Shown here: positions 20,624 through 30,320 of the stretch, piece by piece | How the letters are laid out: each line of letters begins with the position of its first letter | Numbering within the stretch: position 1 is the stretch's first letter | NCBI GenBank assembly: GCA_963765895.1 | Contig: CAVXZB010000019.1 | Coordinates: 288,001-352,000 of the forward strand | Source of the DNA: an uncultured Nitrososphaeraceae archaeon | GTDB lineage: Archaea > Thermoproteota > Nitrososphaeria > Nitrososphaerales > Nitrososphaeraceae | DNA length: 64,000 nucleotides | Direction of reading: 5' to 3' | The notes under the pieces: model-generated | Told to the model about the DNA's origin: nothing | Database searches by the model: none | Seen by the model: only the letters and a program-made list of their open reading frames with translations | Program-made: the position numbers and the translations under genes

Positions 20624-20786
20624 TGGTACACTTAGGCTCAGACAGAGTATAATTTAATTTTATAGATACAACCAAACTTGTCAGATTTTAATAATATTAT
20701 TTCAAATAATAATAACTCAGTCATTCGAAAAACCCTTTTCACTAGATCAAAACATTTTAATTTGTTTTTAGAATGCGTCCATATAT

Positions 20787-20891
20787 GCCCGGGTAGTATA
20801 GAGCGGCTGGGTCGTTCTCAGCTTCATACATTCCGGTCCAGTATGGGGGACTGTCACTCCTTCGACCCGGGTTCGAATCCCGGCCCGGGCG
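20787..20891 (+). tRNA. tRNA-Asp(GUC) with a ~30-nt D-loop intron (about 20802-20831)
   Basis: GCCCGGG/CCCGGGC acceptor stem, GGGGA-CT-GTC-AC-TCCTT anticodon arm, GGTTCGAATCC; removing 30 nt leaves a 75-nt cloverleaf. Confidence 0.9.
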
Positions 20892-20904
20892 TACGTAATT
20901 TTTT

Positions 20905-21711
20905 TTATTTGAAAACTGGGACTTCAGAAGCGATTCTTGTATAGGTTTCATGGTCTCTTACCGCAATAAAAGACAAGGTCGTATTTTGTTCGAAATCATT
21001 ATCTAGAATTTGGCCATTCATTGTGTAAACTTTACCACCGGATTCATTGAGAACTAGATAGGCAGCAGCCATATCAGTAATTCTTATTTTGTTTCTAAAA
21101 TCTAAATAAGCATCAAGAAATCCCCTTGCAAGGTAACATAATTCCAATGCGTTTGCCCCAAAATGGCGGGCGTGTTTAAATTTAGACAAAAGATATGAGA
21201 GATTGCTAAAGACCTCGTGCGAGACTCCAGATATATTCATGCCCACAACCATATTTTGCAAAGTATCTCCCGACTTACGGGTATTTTCAAGCCTTTCTCC
21301 ATTCATGAACGATCCCTTGCCCTTTGAGGATGAGTAGATATCACCTGTTCCCAAGTCCATGACAACAGCATCCGTAATTGAGCTCATTTTATAATCTGTG
21401 GCAAAAGCCAGGGAGCAGCAATAAAAGGGAATACCTCGCATCGCGTTAGTAGTGCCATCAATGGCATCCATAATTAGATAACCCGAATCTCCTTTGATAA
21501 GTCCGCACTCTTCTCCGATTACGGTTGGCCTAAAGCGGTATTTTTCTATAGTGTCTAGCACTGCCTTTTCGGCAATAAGGTCAAGTCCAGTTGAAATGTC
21601 ACCTCCGGCACCTCTGCCAAATTCGGTACAAGCTTCCTTAGTCCCAGCTATTTGGTTCGTCTGCTTTAAGACCTCAGATGCTGATTCCTTCAATATATCA
21701 AGTATTGCCAT
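20905..21711 (-). CDS. suhB: Inositol monophosphatase / FBPase family protein
   Basis: GAGGD, GEE, DAIDGTTN, RHFGANALE, TDMAAA. Confidence 0.88.
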   Translation of the reverse strand: MAILDILKESASEVLKQTNQIAGTKEACTEFGRGAGGDISTGLDLIAEKAVLDTIEKYRFRPTVIGEECGLIKGDSGYLIMDAIDGTTNAMRGIPFYCCSLAFATDYKMSSITDAVVMDLGTGDIYSSSKGKGSFMNGERLENTRKSGDTLQNMVVGMNISGVSHEVFSNLSYLLSKFKHARHFGANALELCYLARGFLDAYLDFRNKIRITDMAAAYLVLNESGGKVYTMNGQILDNDFEQNTTLSFIAVRDHETYTRIASEVPVFK

Positions 21712-21788
21712 AGATGAATCTAGCGATCGGATACTACCTATAAACCAAAACTTGCTTTATATTGGCTAAATATAGGATAGTCGTACTC

Positions 21789-21896
21789 TTAGACTGATAT
21801 CTCTTTTTCGTCGCTTTTTTTCTTGCCTTTTAATAATTGATAAAGCCAAACTTTCAACGCAAGATAAACGCTATAACCGCTGAATTTGCTTCTCAT
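21789..21896 (-). CDS. Possible 35-aa small protein
   Basis: MRSKFSGYSVYLALKVWLYQLLKGKKKSDEKEISV; TTTATAA about 25 nt upstream of the ATG. Confidence 0.3.
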   Translation of the reverse strand: MRSKFSGYSVYLALKVWLYQLLKGKKKSDEKEISV

Positions 21897-22531
21897 TAAT
21901 TATTATCACGAAACATACATTATAAACTTTTTCAAATTAATCGTACCTGAATAACCAGACAGCACCTATGTTGCTAAGGTTATCGTTGTTTAGCAATAAA
22001 CCTTAACATATACAGCATAATGTGAAAAATAATGTGTTCTATAGGCACTATTAATTTTCAGTAAAGATGAATTAGCTGGGAATTCTAGTTTTTTACAGAT
22101 AAATGTTTCAGGATAAGGGCAAGTCTACATAGTTAAATTAGAATAGAATGAGAAGTACAGGACTAGGATAAAGCTGAAGACAAAAATATTGTAACCCCAC
22201 TGCTCGGCTACAAAATTGTCTATCTCGTACCTTCCATTTCAAGACTGAATTAATCGGGTCGTACTTCCTTAGTCATGATCATGCCATAAACATGTAACGG
22301 TAGTTAAATACGGCTTGTCTGCTTCATAAATTACTCGAGGGATAAATACTAATCGCAGATTCGGTGCGGCCTTACCTCTAACAAAAATTTAAATTGAATG
22401 GTTTCAGACCCACGAGACTAGATCCGGGCCTTTGGATAGGCGTAGAATCAGTCTTGACTTTAATATTAAATCGCCATCTTCCATAACTAATAGTAGTCGA
22501 GCAAGCAAGTAAGACGCTTAATCTGTTGCAA

Positions 22532-23203
22532 TTACAGATCATCTTCGTCGTGATCGATTTTGTGATTATTTTGATTGTCGCCGCTAACGTCAAGTCCTGG
22601 AAACCATCTTTTTATTACTTTTTCCCAGTCTATTCTTAGTGACAGATATATCAATAGTCCAAGAATAGCGATACTAGTTACTGTCACTAGGATGAGTATA
22701 ATCGGGTCTATACTCCTAGAAATGACTTTTTCGATAAACGGCCTACCTAAATAAACTGAACCCCAAACAATTATTTCATTTAGGATAAATTTGCCTAGGA
22801 AAGTAGATAAGATAAATTTCCAGGGAGAATATTTTACAAGCCCGAGTGGAATATAGACTAAGTCATCTGGAATAGGAGTCACCGCTGCGATAAAGGCGCC
22901 CAATGACCCATATTTTGCAACCAATCTTTGTAGCGGATAAATGCGTTTCTTGGTTTGTTTACTAAATGCTCCTCTGCCATAATAGCTAGCATAGAAGATT
23001 ATTGATTTTGCCAAAACAGCGCCTAGTGCGCTTGATAATGATATTAGATTGGGATCTAACGCCTTGTTGAGAGCAACAGCAACAAGAACAGGAAAGTAGG
23101 GAATCGGAACAAATACTATAATACTACCAATAAAACTAATTATGAATACACCGAGATATCCCAGATTCTCAAAAACCGCTAAGAACCCGGCCAGGTCAAG
23201 CAA
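22532..23203 (-). CDS. DedA/VTT (SNARE-associated) membrane protein
   Basis: GYLGVF, PIPY, AVTPIPDD..YIPLG, FLGK. Confidence 0.85.
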   Translation of the reverse strand: MLDLAGFLAVFENLGYLGVFIISFIGSIIVFVPIPYFPVLVAVALNKALDPNLISLSSALGAVLAKSIIFYASYYGRGAFSKQTKKRIYPLQRLVAKYGSLGAFIAAVTPIPDDLVYIPLGLVKYSPWKFILSTFLGKFILNEIIVWGSVYLGRPFIEKVISRSIDPIILILVTVTSIAILGLLIYLSLRIDWEKVIKRWFPGLDVSGDNQNNHKIDHDEDDL

Positions 23204-23324
23204 ATATTAAACCTCGTTCTGTCCCATATATTTACATTGGATTACACTTTTCAGCAACTAGATCGTGGTAGATCTTAGGCTGAACGGGTTTGAATTGTAA
23301 TTGCAAAGTAGTTAATTAGACTGT

Positions 23325-24779
23325 CTAATATGCCCTTGCAAAAAGTACCCTAATGCTAGGTTTTTGCCGACAGAAAACACACTCAATATTTTCCATGATT
23401 GAATCATCGTCCGCGGGTATGATCCTGATATCTGCTCCTGTCTGTTCCTTAATCTGCGTCTCACAAAAGTCTCTGCCGCACCAGCCTGCGATTATGAATC
23501 CGCCCTTCCCTGAAATTATTTCCTTGAAAGTCTCAAAATCGAAGGCAGGAGTGGTATTAGTCGAAAGAAATTCCTTTGCCTTTGTATAGAGGTCGTTTTG
23601 AATCTGATCCAGCAAGCTATATATTGTTTGAACCAATTCGTTGCGTCCAATAGTTATTTTCTCCCTTGTGTCTCGCCTAGAAATTTCCAGCTTGCTTTTC
23701 TCTATGTCCTTAGGCCCAATATTTATTCTGAGAGGTACGCCCCTTAATTCCCAGTCATTGAACTTCCAACCAGCAGTATATTCATCTCTTTCGTCAACTC
23801 TAGCTCTGATGCTTGCTTTTTCCAGGTCCTTAAGAACATGTTTAGTATGTTCCTTTACGAGACCTTCATCTAACTTCTTATGTATCGGAATTATAATTAC
23901 TTGGATAGGCGCTATTTTAGGGGGTAAGATTAATCCCTTATTATCCCCATGAATCATGGCCACTGCCCCTATCAGACGCCATGATGTACCCCAAGAGGTC
24001 TGCCACGCATATTGTTCCGAGTTATCCCTTCCCAAATATTTTATCTCGAATGGTTTAGAAAAATTTTGACCAAGATGGTGGGATGTTGCCATCTGCAAAG
24101 CTTTTCCGTCGCCCATCAAACTTTCCAATGAGGCAGTCGATACTGCCCCGACAAACTTTTCTTGACTGCTTTTGAGGCCTTGTCTAACAGGAATAGCCAA
24201 ATATTCCTCTATCAATTTTTTGTATAGCCCTAGAATGAGGTTTACTTCTTTCTGGGCATCATCACAGCTCTCATGCACTGTATGCCCTTCCTGCCATAAA
24301 AATTCAGAATTCCTTATTAGCGGCTTCGTTGCCTTTATTTCTGCCCTAAGAGCGCTATTCCAGAAATTGATCTTGAGCGGCAGATCTCTATAGCTAGAAA
24401 TCCACCTTGCAAATGCCCAGTATGCTATCGTTTCAGAAGTTGGCCTAAGGGCAAGGCTTTCGGACAGATTGTTAGTACCAGCTCTTGTTACCCAGAAAAC
24501 TTCTGAATTAAAGCCTTTAAAATGCTCTTCTTCTTTTTTTAGCAATGCCTCTGGTATCATGACTGGTAGGAAGCCGTTCTCATGGCCTGTGTCTTTTAAA
24601 TATTTATCTAAAGTTTCTCTAATTGACTCCCAAATGGAATATCCATATGGTCGTAAAATAAGAGCCCCCTTAGTTGATCCGTAGTCCACTAGCCCACTTT
24701 TGAGGACAAGTTGACCATACCAATCACTAAAGTTTTCTTCTTTTCTTACAGTCAGGCCAATTTCCTTTCCGGAACTCAA
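23325..24779 (-). CDS. proS: Proline-tRNA ligase (archaeal/eukaryotic type)
   Basis: FSDWY, LRPTSET, EFLWQEGHT, QTSWG, C-terminal FARAY. Confidence 0.97.
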   Translation of the reverse strand: MSSGKEIGLTVRKEENFSDWYGQLVLKSGLVDYGSTKGALILRPYGYSIWESIRETLDKYLKDTGHENGFLPVMIPEALLKKEEEHFKGFNSEVFWVTRAGTNNLSESLALRPTSETIAYWAFARWISSYRDLPLKINFWNSALRAEIKATKPLIRNSEFLWQEGHTVHESCDDAQKEVNLILGLYKKLIEEYLAIPVRQGLKSSQEKFVGAVSTASLESLMGDGKALQMATSHHLGQNFSKPFEIKYLGRDNSEQYAWQTSWGTSWRLIGAVAMIHGDNKGLILPPKIAPIQVIIIPIHKKLDEGLVKEHTKHVLKDLEKASIRARVDERDEYTAGWKFNDWELRGVPLRINIGPKDIEKSKLEISRRDTREKITIGRNELVQTIYSLLDQIQNDLYTKAKEFLSTNTTPAFDFETFKEIISGKGGFIIAGWCGRDFCETQIKEQTGADIRIIPADDDSIMENIECVFCRQKPSIRVLFARAY

Positions 24780-24826
24780 TAGTTACGTCGCATGGCATTT
24801 GATTTATGAAGCTTTGCTCGGGTAGA

Positions 24827-25114
24827 TTACAATGGATCTCCTTTACAATAAACTTGCCCCGTTATTCTGCTATGAAAATTCTTACAAACGTAGCATTGTA
24901 TAAATCCAACTTCCTTCTCAAGAACAGGACAGTCTACAGCTTCTAATTTCATCCGTTTCAGCATTTTGGGGCTAACACCTTTCAACTTCAACTTTCCTTT
25001 GTCGTCCATCATCCCAACACTATGTAATTCCGCTTTAGCCTGATCAGTTAGCTTCACTGACTTTTCTACCTGTTTCACTGGAACCACGTATTTTGATTCC
25101 GATGTATCATTCAT
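24827..25114 (-). CDS. Hypothetical protein with a four-Cys motif
   Basis: CPV...QCYVC...YC; 95-aa ORF upstream of proS. Confidence 0.7.
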   Translation of the reverse strand: MNDTSESKYVVPVKQVEKSVKLTDQAKAELHSVGMMDDKGKLKLKGVSPKMLKRMKLEAVDCPVLEKEVGFIQCYVCKNFHSRITGQVYCKGDPL

Positions 25115-25288
25115 TGAGCAAAGAAATACTGTGGTAGTATAATACTTTTGTTAACTACACTCCATTCAGTCGGCTAGTGAAGTTAGCTACCTTAAAAAAT
25201 GGTAAACTATACCAAGATCGTTTTTAACAAATGATTCTTCGACAAGATTAATATATCATAACAGGGGCTTTGCCAATAAGCGCGATAT

Positions 25289-25942
25289 ATGCTGATTATC
25301 TTCGATGTTGAGGGTGTTCTATTAAATGCAGAGTATCTTCCGGTTCTAGCTCAAGTCTTTGGTCAGGAAAAGGAAAAAGAGATTTGGGATATTACTAAGC
25401 AAGGAATACGAGGTGAAATAAATTGGGAGGAAGGTTTACGGAAACGTGTGGCTGCATTACGAGGTGTAGAATTCGAAAAAGCAAAACAAATAGCTGAAAA
25501 CCTTGAGATTATGCCCGGGGCCAAAACATTATGCTTTGCATTAAAGAGAGCAGGTTGGAAATTGATTGCCGTGTCTGGTGGCTTTACGATAATTACTGAT
25601 AGACTGCGGGATGAACTTGGACTAGATTGGATATTTTCCAACGAACTCTTGTTCAAAAATGGGAAGCTAGATGACGTACGCCTTACCGTGACATCAGATA
25701 AGGCGATCGCAGTAATCCCTATGATCAAAGAAATGAAGTATTCCAAAGAGGATATAGTTGTAGTAGTCGATGGGGCAAACGATTTAAAGCTCTTTGATCT
25801 ATCTGGTTACACTGTTGGATTCTGTCCTGTCGACAAGGTAAAAGAAAAGGCTGACGCCGTCATAGAGGTTAGGGATTTATCAATTTTGTTGCACCTATTG
25901 GAGAAAAAATTTGGCGAGGCTGTTTTAGTGGCCAAGTCTTAA
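25289..25942 (+). CDS. serB: Phosphoserine phosphatase (HAD family)
   Basis: FDVEGVL, LRKRV..L.G, VSGGF, DGANDL. Confidence 0.88.
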   Translation: MLIIFDVEGVLLNAEYLPVLAQVFGQEKEKEIWDITKQGIRGEINWEEGLRKRVAALRGVEFEKAKQIAENLEIMPGAKTLCFALKRAGWKLIAVSGGFTIITDRLRDELGLDWIFSNELLFKNGKLDDVRLTVTSDKAIAVIPMIKEMKYSKEDIVVVVDGANDLKLFDLSGYTVGFCPVDKVKEKADAVIEVRDLSILLHLLEKKFGEAVLVAKS

Positions 25943-25980
25943 TTAAATAAAAAATTATATTATTAAATTGGGTTACATGC

Positions 25981-26757
25981 TTGGTTGCAACAATAGAACT
26001 AATCCCAATTAGAGTCGAGACAGATGTTTGCGCGGGTGAGGATCTGTGTGAACTAATTATGCGGACAATAGAAGGAATTGGAGAATGCATTGAAGACGGC
26101 GACATTCTAGTTATTGCTCACAAGATAGTATCAAAATCTGAAAATAAGTTTGTAAACTTGAAAGATATTGAGCCATCGGAAGAGTCAAAGGAACTGGCAA
26201 ATATAAGCTGTAAAGATCCCAGACTGATCGAGCTTATTCGAAGAGAATCCAATGCTATTGTCAGACACTCTGGAGGAATTATAATAGTTGAGACGAAATT
26301 AGGGTTTATCTGCGCAAATGCAGGAATAGATCAGAGCAATGTTAGTGTCGGAGACATTGCTCTATTGCTACCAGAGAATCCTGATAAGTCAGCTGCCTCG
26401 CTAAGGAATTATATAAGGAATAAGTGTGGAAAAGAAATTGCAGTCGTCATAAGCGACACTTTTGGAAGGCCATTCAGAGAGGGTCAGACTAATGTAGCCA
26501 TTGGGTTAGCTGGAATTGAGCCAATAGAAAGTTACATAGGAAAGTCTGACATATTCGGCAAGAAGTTGAAAGTAACCGAAATAGCCGTAGCAGATGAAAT
26601 TGCTTCAGCAGCCGAATTAGCTATGGGAAAGACGAGCAGGATTCCCGCAGTCATATTAAGAGGATATTCCTTTACAAAGTCGAATACTTCTAGTGCTTTA
26701 AGCTTGATCAGAAATAAAAAAATGGACCTTTTTAGAGATTGGGACGAAAAATCGTGA
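25981..26757 (+). CDS. cofE: Coenzyme F420-0:L-glutamate ligase
   Basis: KIVSKSE, ANAGIDQSN, LLPENPD.SA, DTFGRPFREG, ADEIASAA. Confidence 0.95.
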   Translation: MVATIELIPIRVETDVCAGEDLCELIMRTIEGIGECIEDGDILVIAHKIVSKSENKFVNLKDIEPSEESKELANISCKDPRLIELIRRESNAIVRHSGGIIIVETKLGFICANAGIDQSNVSVGDIALLLPENPDKSAASLRNYIRNKCGKEIAVVISDTFGRPFREGQTNVAIGLAGIEPIESYIGKSDIFGKKLKVTEIAVADEIASAAELAMGKTSRIPAVILRGYSFTKSNTSSALSLIRNKKMDLFRDWDEKS

Positions 26758-26820
26758 TACAAGTGTTAAGTTTCTAAACCTTTAATATATTGAAATTGCT
26801 ATTAATTTTGCTAAACTAAA

Positions 26821-27069
26821 ATGAACAATGCTAATGATGACCTTACAGATAAAGTTATTGACGTGCGGGGTCTCTTCTGTCCAGAACCTGTATTCAGAAC
26901 TAAGATGGAGATGGAAAGATTGCATATCGGAGATAGAATAAAAATAGTCGCAGATGATCCGGCCTCCGAAGAAGATATTTCTAGATGGGTGAACAGAAAC
27001 GGACATGAATTGCTGTCGGTAAGAAAGGCAGACAACGATTTAGAATTTATCATAAAAAAGGCTAAGTAG
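26821..27069 (+). CDS. tusA: TusA-family sulfur carrier
   Basis: DVRGLFCPEP, ADDPAS..DI. Confidence 0.9.
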   Translation: MNNANDDLTDKVIDVRGLFCPEPVFRTKMEMERLHIGDRIKIVADDPASEEDISRWVNRNGHELLSVRKADNDLEFIIKKAK

Positions 27070-27072
27070 ATT

Positions 27073-28083
27073 ATGACTTCCCTGACCAGTTCAAATCTGA
27101 TCGAACGAATCGGCAATACACCGGTTATTGAATTAAAATCATTTTCGACTAGGAATTTAAAATTTTATGCGAAGCTAGAATGGTATAATCCGTATGGTTC
27201 CGTGAAAGACCGAGCTGCTTATTGGATGATCAAACACGCAGAGAATGACGGCCTTTTGAGAAAAGGCAAGAGCATTATTATTGAACCGTCTTCGGGAAAT
27301 ACTGGAATTGCACTGACCGGTATTGCCAGCGCATTAGGATATAAAGTTGAGATAGTAATACCCGATAAGGTTAGTACTGAAACCAAGGATATTTTGAGAA
27401 GGTTAGGTGCCACTATACATGAAACTTCTGATGATCTGTGTCCGAGGGTGGGAGCTGGAACAGATCAGAGTATTGCCCTGGCGAAAGCGATATCTAAACC
27501 AAGACCAGACATCTACTACATGCCTAATCAATATGAGAATGAAGCCAACTTCATGGCACATTATGAAAGCACTGGTCCTGAAATTTGGAAACAGATGGAC
27601 GGACGCTTGACTCATTTCTTCACTGGATGTGGAACCGGGGGGACCATTACGGGAACAGCAACCTACCTGAAGGAACAAAATAGGAATGTTAAAGTCATTG
27701 CAGTGCAAGCCCAGAAAAATCATTTACTCCAAGGACTCAGAAATTTCGAAGAATCTGCTATGCCAGATCTTTTTATACGTCGACAACAAGTTGTTGATGC
27801 TTGGTTTACTGCAACGAATGATGATTCTTTTCGTATGGTAAAAGAATTGGCATCCCGGGAAAATCTACTCGTTGGACCGTCTTCAGGAGCAGTTATGGCA
27901 TCGATGCTAAATGTAGCGGATAAATTCGATAGTGGAATAATGATCGGCATATTCGCTGATGACGGAAGAAAATTTAAAAGTTTCTATGCTGAGCAGGGTA
28001 TATTTAATCTTACAGAATATGAGCGCCTGTTGCACGCTAACACGTATCTTCCTGAGACGGCCTGCCCTTATTCACGTAACTAG
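27073..28083 (+). CDS. PLP-dependent cysteine synthase family protein
   Basis: IGNTP, NPYGSVKDR, SSGNTG, GTGGT, GPSSG. Confidence 0.92.
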   Translation: MTSLTSSNLIERIGNTPVIELKSFSTRNLKFYAKLEWYNPYGSVKDRAAYWMIKHAENDGLLRKGKSIIIEPSSGNTGIALTGIASALGYKVEIVIPDKVSTETKDILRRLGATIHETSDDLCPRVGAGTDQSIALAKAISKPRPDIYYMPNQYENEANFMAHYESTGPEIWKQMDGRLTHFFTGCGTGGTITGTATYLKEQNRNVKVIAVQAQKNHLLQGLRNFEESAMPDLFIRRQQVVDAWFTATNDDSFRMVKELASRENLLVGPSSGAVMASMLNVADKFDSGIMIGIFADDGRKFKSFYAEQGIFNLTEYERLLHANTYLPETACPYSRN

Positions 28084-29082
28084 CTTTTTCTCTGTGAGCA
28101 AATTCATCCTTGCTAGATGCTTCTTTTCTGTCAACCATTTTTCGATGTCTAGAGCAGCCATACAGCCGAAGCCTCCAGCAGTTATTGCCTGTCGATATCT
28201 GAAGTCGTGGACATCTCCAGCCGCAAAGACACCCTTTACACTTGTAAGTGTGTGATCCTTCAAAATTATGTAGCCTTTGTCATCTAAATCTAGCTGTCCT
28301 CTGAAAATTTCAGTATTGGGTTCGTGTCCAATAGCCACAAATAAACCTCCCGCAGGTATAGTTTGTTCCCTGCCGGTTATCGTGTCCCTAGCTACGATAC
28401 TTTTAATTTTTTTATCTCCAGATATATCCGCTATCACATGATTCCAGAGAAAATCAATTTTCGGATTTTCGAAAGCCTTCTCCTGAAGAATTTTACTCGC
28501 ACGCAGCGACTGTTTTCTATGCACAATTTTAACAGACTTGCCAAACTTCGTCAAAAATGTTGCCTCTTCTATTGCAGTATCGCCACCTCCAACTACCACT
28601 ATATCTTCTCCTTTGAAGAATGGTCCATCACATGTTGCACAATATGATACTCCCCTTCCTGCAAACTGCTGTTCAGCCTCGATACCCAGCTTTCTGGGAG
28701 AAGCTCCGGTGCAAGCCAGAATTGCTTCACCTCGAAGCAATTGAGAATTAGTCTCTATCTTAAAGGGATTATTTTTAAAATCCACTTTGGTGACTTCATC
28801 ATCCAGAAAGACTGCTCCAAATCTTTCAGCTTGTTGTCGCATGTTCATCATGAGTTCAGGACCAAATATGCCGTTTGGAAATCCTGGGTAATTTTCAACC
28901 TCGCTGGTAGTCATTAATTGGCCGCCAGGAAGTGATCCAGAAATCACCAGCGTGCTGAGCTTTGCACGAGAGGTGTATATTGCAGCGGTGTAACCTGCGG
29001 GGCCTGAGCCGATTATTATAACATCATAAATCTTCACTGGCTCTGTATCGCTGTCTTCATGTACATCATTAGCTCCAGACAT
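28072..29082 (-). CDS. trxB: Thioredoxin reductase
   Basis: GSGPAG, CATCDG, GGGDTA, FAAGD. Confidence 0.96.
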   Translation of the reverse strand: MSGANDVHEDSDTEPVKIYDVIIIGSGPAGYTAAIYTSRAKLSTLVISGSLPGGQLMTTSEVENYPGFPNGIFGPELMMNMRQQAERFGAVFLDDEVTKVDFKNNPFKIETNSQLLRGEAILACTGASPRKLGIEAEQQFAGRGVSYCATCDGPFFKGEDIVVVGGGDTAIEEATFLTKFGKSVKIVHRKQSLRASKILQEKAFENPKIDFLWNHVIADISGDKKIKSIVARDTITGREQTIPAGGLFVAIGHEPNTEIFRGQLDLDDKGYIILKDHTLTSVKGVFAAGDVHDFRYRQAITAGGFGCMAALDIEKWLTEKKHLARMNLLTEKKLVT

Positions 29083-29344
29083 AACGTTATGAAGAGTAAG
29101 GATCCATCAACCTGTTATTAATTCGTTCGGAATTAGTTAATCTGAGATTTACATATCTGTATACAACAAATCGTGTGCTGTTACCGCGCCCAGCTCGAGC
29201 ACATACTAATCAACTTTTAAATCATATGATTCAGTGATATATCATAATCTATATTAATTATTTGATATCTACGTATCTCGTTTCTTTAATTTATTAGACT
29301 AATACAAGAGCTAGACTACTTATAGGAAAAAACAGAAGCTGGAA

Positions 29345-30169
29345 TTATAGGTCTGACGGACTGACCTCTAATTCTGGCTTCGCACTAATATCTCGAAGTT
29401 TCTCTACTGCTATCTGAGCGGCCTTCCTACCAGATAGAAGCATGGAGCCGAATGTTGGCCCCATACGTGCCAGTCCGTGGGTCTCGGTTACAGACATGCC
29501 TGATATAATTAGGCCTGGAAATACCTCTCCAGTCCGTTCTACTACCAGATCCTCGCCACCATTTACCCACATTGGCTCCATACCTTTCCATTTTATGTAT
29601 CCGCGATCCATCAAACGCTTAACTGCAACAGAGTCATGACCGGATGCATCAATTACGATTTTGCTTTCCAGAGCTATCGGATCAACACAAGTAACGTTTC
29701 TGGGTAACGCAGAGACGGGCATCCAATTTATGACAACTCCGGATACCCGTCCATTTTTCAAGACCAAGTCATCAAACTTTGATAATTGCAAAAATCTGAC
29801 GCCTGCATCGCATGCAGCCGCAATAAGCTTTGAACATGCATGAGGACCCCATGTTGCATACAACCCTTCATTCACCTTCCTGTACGGAACGCCAAGTTCA
29901 TCCCAAATCTTTTGAGCAGGAGCGCGTACGGTAACAGGGTTCATCATATAACCTCCTACCCAATAACCCCCGCCTAGATAATTATTCTGCTCAATTATTA
30001 GAGTTTTTACCCCGAGTCTAGCCAGCTCCATGCCGGCTGTAAGACCCGATGGCCCCGCACCGATGATGATTACATCTGAATCAGCATAATCTGCCATCGT
30101 TTCACCAAACATTGCGACAATAGTCCTGGTGATGTCCTTCTCCCCAACCTCACTAAATATTTTTGTCAT
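29345..30169 (-). CDS. thi4: Thiazole synthase Thi4
   Basis: GAGPSG, CVDP, DASGHD, RMGPTFGSMLLSG. Confidence 0.93.
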   Translation of the reverse strand: MTKIFSEVGEKDITRTIVAMFGETMADYADSDVIIIGAGPSGLTAGMELARLGVKTLIIEQNNYLGGGYWVGGYMMNPVTVRAPAQKIWDELGVPYRKVNEGLYATWGPHACSKLIAAACDAGVRFLQLSKFDDLVLKNGRVSGVVINWMPVSALPRNVTCVDPIALESKIVIDASGHDSVAVKRLMDRGYIKWKGMEPMWVNGGEDLVVERTGEVFPGLIISGMSVTETHGLARMGPTFGSMLLSGRKAAQIAVEKLRDISAKPELEVSPSDL

Positions 30170-30320
30170 ATGAAGAATCAAATAGAAATATTATAAATAC
30201 ATTATTAAATTTACCTTCGGTGGTGATATGAAAATAACTTATACTAAGTTCCCAAGAAAGCTCGCACAAATAGGCCTGATGGGTGCAATTCTTATTAGCT
30301 ACAGCGCTAGCATTCCAACC

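Noticed and set aside
20443-20951. ORFs 20443-20652, 20678-20944 and 20757-20951
   Set aside because: They overlap the two tRNA genes.
21900-22530. Noncoding RNA between suhB and the DedA gene
   Set aside because: Only short GC patches; no convincing stem or C/D box pair.
30170-30320. TPP riboswitch upstream of thi4
   Set aside because: No CTGAGA core or matching stems; a TATA-like box lies close to the start codon.
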